A program made the translations under genes and the position numbers. This document shows, piece by piece, positions 56,448 through 64,000 of a DNA stretch of 64,000 nt. The stretch's first letter is position 1. Every line of letters starts with the position of its first letter. The notes under the pieces were generated by a model. That model searched no databases. It saw only the letters and a list, made by a program, of their open reading frames with translations, and was not told the origin of the DNA. Origin of the DNA: Lingula anatina (Eukaryota; Animalia; Brachiopoda); contig CM120641.1 in NCBI GenBank assembly GCA_051362555.1, forward strand, positions 48,366,401 through 48,430,400, read 5' to 3'.

Positions 56448-59400
56448 TGCACATTTTGTGCTAATATCAAACTGTGACAGACAGAGAAAAAGATGACAAC
56501 TATGGATTTAGGGATCAGTTACTGGTCTAGCTGACTACATACTTTTGTTTTCCACCAGGCCGGGATGAGGAAGAGACAGGGAAGGGTCCTGCTGTCACCA
56601 CACTCCTCCAGGCAGCAGCAGAAGAGGAGAACAGCACTGCCCCTGTAGTAGAGATGGAAAGCCCTGAAAGCACTGTATTCCAAGTGAAGAGAATGAAAAC
56701 CTCCTCAAATGAAGACCGCCCATTTGCATGTGAAGTGTGTGACAGCAAATTCAAAGAGGTTTGCTTGTTTTGTTCATTTAGTAGATACTGAAAGTATCTG
56801 ATAAGTATTTCCAATATTTTAAAATAAATATCTGCTAAATCTTAACCATTAACACTAACAAGCTAGGAAGGTTTTTGCAGATTTCCAATATGTTCAAGTA
56901 AATAGCTACCAAATCTGACCTATTTCCAGCTATAAGGAACTTAATGTCTGGTGGAATTCTACAGTAAATATATACCAAATCTTAACCATTTTAAGCTATA
57001 GGGATCTTAGCGTCTGGTTTAATTCCTACATATATTTCCAATATGTTAAAGCAGCTACCAAATCTAAACCATAAAATGCTATAAGGAGGTAAATGTCTGG
57101 TTTTATGCTGCAGATGAGTGTGCTAAAGACCCACCTGCTAACCCACAGTGACCAGAGAGATTTCCCATGTCCATTTGAAGGCTGTACTTATGCCTTCAAG
57201 ACCAAGGGGTCACTAAAGAGACACGAGAGAAGGCACACTGGTCAGTACACACTTAAACACTGTAATATTGAATTAGTTTCTTGATTTTGACAACACCAAT
57301 ATTTTTTCCTTTGATTTTGTTGATGATGCCACTGTTGGTAATGTGTTTTTCAACATTTTGGATTTTGGATAGTCCTTGTGTATATGAGCTCTTCTACAGT
57401 TCCAAGATAAAAGAATTACATAATGGAGAATGAAGTCCCCGAATCTTTGTAATCTGAATGTCTTGTGTTGTCTATAAGCATTTCTATTGTGTCATATTCC
57501 AGGTGACCGCCCTTACATATGCCATCTTTGCCAGAGGTCCTTTGCAGAGTCCGGGGCCTTGACCAGACATCTCAAGTCTAGGTAGGACATATCTGTATGG
57601 TGCTGACAGACAAACTTATCACTGAAATTGAACTTCACCCAGAGCCTGGTGTTAAAGAGTAAAATGAGGTTAACATTTTCAAGCTGTTTTCTATAACATG
57701 GGCAGTGGTATATTCTGTCTTTAGGTTCTGCTATATCTGATATAGTCCCATAAAGATATGTAAATAATGTATTCAGTGTGTGGTCCGTGTTGGATTGTTA
57801 GTCATAGAGTTCTAGGAGATTACTGATAAGGGCTATGTTTCATTCCAGGACTCCTTGTACATCCAAGAGTGATGCAGATCTTCCCAGATATGGCAGAAAA
57901 ATACAGATTACTTCCGAAGATGGTTCAGTGATTTCAAATGAAACAGCCAAGGTAAGAACCTGGTCACACTGGATTTGTTTAACACTGCAAATTTGATGTT
58001 GTTGTGGTACAAGTTTGCAATTTAGACTGCTCACAAGATGAAACTGTATACATCACAACACAACACAACACAACACAACACAACACAGCAGCCATGGTAA
58101 GAAACCAATATTTGCACTATTAGATATGTTTAACAAAACAAATTTCATGTTGTTGTGGTATAAGTTTGCAATTCAGACTTCTCACAAAAGATGAAGGTCA
58201 TTAACTCCATTTAATATATTTTTAATTAAATTTCAGCCAAGCTCCAAGGAAGGTGAAGAAAATGAGGACCAGTCTGTCAGAGTATTAAGAGCCGCTGCCT
58301 CAGCTGCTGATGGAGTGACCACTGAGATGATGACCTCAGACAACCCAGCTGTGTCCACTGCTCTGACCAGTGTGGATGGTCAGTCTGGAGAGACCACTGT
58401 GGTCACCACTCTGACCTCAGATGAGGCCAAGGGACAGGGTGAGGACTTCTCTTTGGAGGATGGAGAGGAGGATGACAAGTTTGAACAGTTGGAGCCAAAT
58501 CAGTGTAGGGTAGGATTAGGAGATTAATGCTTATTTTTTTCGTTTGGTGGATCTCTCTCTCTCCCTCCTTGCAAAACTATCATATGTTTTAGCTAAAATT
58601 TATTAGTATGATTTAAACTTGTAACTTTACTTTGATGTATCTCAACTCTTGATGAAGTTCATCTCACACACATGTGCCCTGTTGCTGATAGATTTGGTTG
58701 CTGCTGTGTTCCAGGTGTGTAAAGCAGCCCTGGCCAATGTAGACACTTTAATAGAACACCTGAAGACACACCTGTCAGGACTACCCTTCAGGTGTGGCTC
58801 TTGTAACTTCTGCACTGACAAGAAGGAATACCTGGCGGGACACATGAAGGAGAGACACAGGGCAACACTCAGGGTATATTATAGTTATAATATTTATTTA
58901 TCATACAATGCATTATACTTGTTTCTTTATTTTAATACACTTCACAATTAAAATATAAAAATGCTTCAAATTTTCAGCACCAAAATACATTTTATTGAAT
59001 AGATTTTGTATGTTAGGTGAAGGGGAAATGCCACAACCATATGGTTTGAAAGAAATAAAGAATTAAGGGGTCTTTCAGTATATCCACATACTTGACTGGA
59101 GTTGACAATGGAGCTAGCAAGCATTGAAGAGATTTTATTCTATATTTCCAGGAAATAGGTCCAGACGGTAATGAAGCGGATGTGGTACCCACAAACCCAC
59201 CTCCAATGAATTCCTACCTATTCCGCCTGAGCAAGTGAGTACTTATAAAAGACTGCTGTACACTGTGATATGTAATGATCTGTACAACATGAGATAGTAC
59301 AAAGTGTGTATTTACAACAGGGGCGGATCCAGATATATTTTCTGACAGTCTTCCATATTATCTTTGTTGAATCTTCAATTTTTGACCGTCTTCCAACAAG

Positions 59401-62252
59401 AAAGTTATATACCCATCAATGTAAACCTTACAATTTGACCATATTCCGGAAGACCCAGAAGACGGCCTTAATCCGCCCCTGTACAACATTACAATTAGAA
59501 TGAAGATCTGTGCAGTAAGAACTGAAGTTTTTCAGAATGCAAGCACTATTTAGGTACTCTGTTTCACTATGAAATGCCTACTCCAGGGAAGGTTCTATGG
59601 CAGCCAAGCAGCTCCTTACTCTAGGTGAGAAATCTGCTGTAGAAGACCCCTCTGCAACCGGCTACAAGACTTTCAGCAAGTGCCCAGTGTGTGGCAGAAC
59701 ATTCAAGGGAAGCAGTTATCTCAAACTTCATATGAGGAGTCACACAGGTAACATTGTGATTGCTGTGTCGTTATTCACCTCTTAGTTATACTTTAATAAG
59801 GTAATTATTTTTCTTCAGGCAACAGCTAATGTTGAAATATTTTGTCTCCAATAATTTGATATCTTCGTTGAGCAACCTCATCTTATTCCTAGGACATAAC
59901 ACAGCAAAATTAATCAAATTCTTCTCTGACAAATATACTTGAATTTTAGTTAATGTTGTTTGATATTTATTGTTTAATAATAACATGCATATATTTCTAA
60001 GCACCTACAAATGCATTTCACAAATTATCTTTTTTACAAACGAGAGCAGTGGCTTTCAAAAGCATATTGACTGTGGTGTTTTAGTAATAAATCACTGCAG
60101 TTGTACCTAATATGTGCTACTTCTCATCAATTTCAAACCTCCCAATCCAGGAGAGCGCCCCCACCAGTGCCCTCACTGCCCCAAGACATTCACCACCAAG
60201 GACACCCTGAGCAAGCACCTGACAGCCCACTCTGAGGCCAGGCACTACAAGTGTGGAGAGTGTGGGAAACTCTTTAAAAGAATTTCTCACGTCAAGGAGC
60301 ACCTGAAGATACACACTAATGAACGACCATACAAATGTACTTTCTGTGACAAGACCTTCAAGACCACAGTAAGATCATGTTACTATTTAAATACAGTCAC
60401 TGAAAAAATTATTTTAACCATTTGAAAGTAAGTAAATGTCCACAAATGCTCTGGATATTACAAAGAAAGTAAAAACGTCACGCCTTTTATATGCATACAC
60501 TGAAAAGAAAAAAATTACTTTAACATTTGGAAGTAACTAAATGTCCACAGTTTCTCCAAACACACTTGCCTATGAAGTATATAGTATAATAGTTGTGTTT
60601 TTTAAAGAGAAAGTATGGCCTGTATTTCCAGAATGCATGTAAGGTTCACCTTCGCACCCATGGGTCTGTGATGCCTTGGGAATGCAAATTTTGCCATCGT
60701 CTCTTCCGTGAAAAAGGCTCTCTAGAACGCCATGTCCGCACACACACTGGGGAAAAACCATACTCCTGCCAGTATTGTGGACGCAAGTTTGCTGAACATG
60801 GTACTCTTAACAGGCATCTAAAAGCAAAAGGTGAGATCATTACAGGAAGCCCTTGGTGTTCAGACATGATTCTTTCCAATTTAAATTGGAAATCCAATTT
60901 TTTTACATTAGCAGTATTCCACCTTCAGTGGCCCCCAGACCCCATGTTGTAAATCCTACTTACCTCTTCCTACTTACCTCTCATGTCTGGTTGTTCCTTG
61001 TCTCAATATTTCTATTGATGTTTATCTTGACTGAATACTGCTATCTTCATGAAGAGTTATTTGAGGTGTAGTATCTTCATTATTGTCCTTTCGGGGTGGA
61101 GGAAGAAGGGTTTGTGGGGGTCATGAATGTTGCCTACTTTGATCAGGTGTTGCTATTACAAGAAACAAGTGTATAATTGTTTATACGGAAGCAGTGTTTT
61201 GAGTGTAATGACCTGCAGTCTGAAAGAGTAAAGCATTTTTGTTACCTCACTAACAGTTAATCATTCTTACCTGTAAACTTTAATAATTTTATGCTGTAAA
61301 GTCTACTTAACATGTTATGGATTTTAAAATTTAAATAATTATATTATATTTTTATTATAATTTCTTCCATCATTTCAGCCCCATGCACCCAGCAGTTAAG
61401 GTCAGTACAGGAGACCCAGGAGGAGGATGTGGTTCAGAATAGCCTGGAGAATAATTACCCTACAGTTCTGGCCCAATTCTCTTCTGTGGTAACTGACACA
61501 CAGCACTATATACTGGAGGGACAGGAGGAAGACATGACAGACACACAGGTAAGATATAACACTACATACTGGAAAGACAGGAGGAAGACATGACAGACAC
61601 ATAGGTAAGATATAACACTATATACTGGAGGGACAGGAGGAAGACATGACAGACACACAGGTAAGATATAACACTATATACTGGAGGGACAGGAGGAAGA
61701 CATGACAGACACACAGGTAACAAGTGTCCCTTTTGAGTCAGTGCACAATAGCTAACTCATTCTGCATGGCCCTTGAGTATATTTAAAAGTTTTAGTTTTC
61801 TAGCAATAAGATATATAACTGACCCATCTTCCTCTCTGTTCCAGCCTGCTGCTGAGTATGTGGTAGTTGACAGTGAGAGTAACATCCAGGTGCAGAACAT
61901 CGAGGTGGTCGGCACAGCCCAGGATAACACCACACAGTATGTCATCTTGAACCAACCAGACGGGAACACTATCGCCGTCGCCACCTCTGACCCAACCTCA
62001 ATCCTGGACAGTCTCTCCAGCATGGCCTCCATGTCAACCACGCCGACAATGACTACGGTCACTGCATCAGGACAGGTGCCGGGGCTGACCTCTGATGATG
62101 TTACCATAGTAACACACAGCGAGGAGCTGCCTGATGATGTGCTGGAGGGACTTGTGGCGACATCTGGTGGCGAGGTGACTCAGGTTGTGCAAGGACTTGA
62201 GACGCATCCCGTGAATATTGAAGATGCAGTGGTTGGCCTTGTGGATTCCTGA
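54976..62252 (+). CDS. E4F1: Transcription factor E4F1-like multi-C2H2 zinc-finger protein, ~14 exons
   Basis: N-terminal EEDSHRCGTCKLEFGSIEDFIKHK, SFAESGALTRHLKS, YKCGECGKLFK, and FREKGSLERHVRTHTGEKPYSCQYCGRKFAEHGTLNRHLKAK are characteristic of E4F1; GT-AG exons join in frame; stop at 62250-62252. Confidence 0.88.
56175..56446. repeat. Compound (AC)n microsatellite with CTGTAA/CAGTTA interruptions
   Basis: AC runs punctuated by periodic spacers, in an E4F1 intron. Confidence 0.95.
59318..59481. mobile_element. hAT-like MITE with a 5-bp TSD
   Basis: TACAA|CAGGGGCGGAT...ATCCGCCCCTG|TACAA; perfect 11-bp TIR; 164 bp. Confidence 0.8.
61504..61720 (+). repeat. 56-bp tandem repeat (~3.9 units) spanning an E4F1 exon/intron boundary
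   Basis: Units start at 61504, 61560, 61616, 61672: CACTATATACTGGAGGGACAGGAGGAAGACATGACAGACACACAG|GTAAGATATAA. Confidence 0.93.
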
Positions 62253-62354
62253 GATTCTCTGAACTATGGAGATAAAGTGGTTGGCCTTGTAGATTCCTGA
62301 GATTCTCTGTGAACATTGAAGATACTGTGGTTTGGTCTTTTGGATTCCTCCGAT
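62211..62354 (+). repeat. ~48-bp degenerate tandem triplication over the E4F1 stop codon
   Basis: GTGGTTGGCCTTGT(G/A)GATTCCTGAGATTCTCTG twice plus a diverged third copy. Confidence 0.85.
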
Positions 62355-64000
62355 TTTCTTCACTTCATTATGCTGTCCATTCATAGGCAGCTATGAAACT
62401 TTTGAACAAATATTATAGTACTGAGGTATGGACAGGAGTTTTACTTTGATATTGAACGTCATTCACTGTTATTTCTGATAGCATTAGTAATGAACTAATT
62501 ACAGTGGTGCTTTCCAAATGTTACTGTTACAGTTGGAAATTAAATGTACAGTATTAACATTTTTTAAATTAAAATTTTCCAGTAACAAGTATGAAAACAG
62601 CACGTTGCTGTGAATTTTATGTATATTTGCCATGTAAATACCTATCACCATTTCTTACTAGGCATTGAATAGTATGTTAAACTTATAGCATTGGAGATAA
62701 AATGACTTTTTCATCAGGCTGTAAATAAAGGTCTCTTTAAAAACTGAAGTTCTTTTTTATTGCAAGGAGCAGCTACATTGGATAGTTAGAGAGGGTAACA
62801 CCTTTTTGGGAATGGTATCGACTTAAATCGAGCAAAATTTAAGTATTTTGAAGGATTCACTAATGATATCATGTCTTTCATACTAACATGAAAAGATCAT
62901 TTCGTGCCTTCAAGTATGGTTGCTAAAAACTTCTGTCAAACTTAGTCACCTGGAGTAAATCAAGTGGCGTACAAACAAGAAAGCCAATGATACCCGTTTT
63001 TTTATTACAAAAGAAATGTTACTGTAGTATAACTTGGTAAACAATTGTTGGCTTTACAGTCACCACAAGTATTTCAGTTTACGATATGACTGCACTTTCC
63101 TCTAACTTGTCAAATATTTATTCAGTCGTATAGTCTATTTCTGTACAAGAGTTAAAGACAGTATTGCCTGTTGCTCTCTACAAATGATTTTTAAATAAAA
63201 ATGGTAAAAGGGACTACAGTAAGAAATATTGTACCCAGAAATTTTTTGGTTCGAATTAAACGTCCCAATTTGCAGCATACTGTGGAAGTTTATGTATAAA
63301 AAGTTACTAAATAGCATTTTGAAGTTTTATCCTTCAAAAGCAGCATAGAGCCCATTCCATAAAAGCACTTCTGTCAAACGGGTCAAATTTTAAGAGCAAC
63401 TCACTTAGCCCCATAATAAATCTAGTCACTGAATAAAAATACTTTGCCCGTTTCACAAGTACGAAATGGCTCATGTATAAGACTGTATACACTAGGTCTC
63501 CATTTGCAGTTAAAGATAAATCAAAATGGACTCAAGATTCCAGCTTTTAGTCTTGATCTACCATCCACTTATGTTCTTTTGTAGGAAAGGACCCCAGGAG
63601 TAATTGTAACACTGATTTTCATTTTTAACTACCCACAGTTGCCACTGGAGATGTGAAAACACTTGATCCCTCTGCTACAACCTCCAATTTACAAAGGCCC
63701 ATCTGTCATAGAAAAGCCTATTAAGTTCACTATTTCTAGAGATTTAGGCACCTATTTCATGCAGCAAACTGGGTTACATTTGTCACCCATCAACATTGCA
63801 CAAAACTTCTATACTTTAGCATGTCATGCCTTGATACTGTTTGATGTTCCCAATAATACACAACTGCAAGGTACAGCCAGACAAGAAGAAAATGCTGCTA
63901 AATATTTTTCAATTTATACTTGTAAAATTCACTTCAATAGTCTTCAAATGTCTTCGTACAGAGTACATAGTCTCCTACGTAAGGGAGGGGTCCCTAAATT

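Noticed and set aside
61504-61720. CRISPR-like regular repeat
   Set aside because: Head-to-tail units with no unique spacers, in a eukaryotic intron, with no cas genes.

Overview
AT-rich, intron-rich animal DNA; the gene content suggests an invertebrate, possibly a lophotrochozoan (inference). Seven spliced genes were rebuilt by hand from exon translations and GT-AG boundaries: UBR7 3' part (+), GDPGP1 (-), SNX8 (-), IQCE (+), CCDC166-like (-), LSM11 (+) and E4F1 (+). There is also one single-ORF, uncharacterised type-II membrane protein with a glycosyltransferase-like motif (47207-48523). Mobile DNA: (1) a complete Mag-like Ty3/Gypsy LTR element with identical 154-bp LTRs, a TAACT TSD and a tRNA-Ser PBS, whose gag-pol is split by a MITE; (2) a TTAA-flanked, THAP-encoding Kolobok-like element; (3) six members of a ~215-260-bp hairpin MITE family with TWA-type target duplications, whose terminal hexamers differ between copies and are swapped relative to the core in one copy; (4) a TA-flanked MITE family; (5) a 5-bp-TSD hAT-like MITE. 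Other points of note are a U12-type intron in CCDC166, an EH-like domain fused to SNX8, duplicated 108-nt IQ exons in IQCE, a very long Sm1-Sm2 spacer in LSM11, and tandem duplications over E4F1 splice and stop sites. Gene names come from recognised sequence similarity, not database searches. Coordinates were counted manually and may be off by a few bases.
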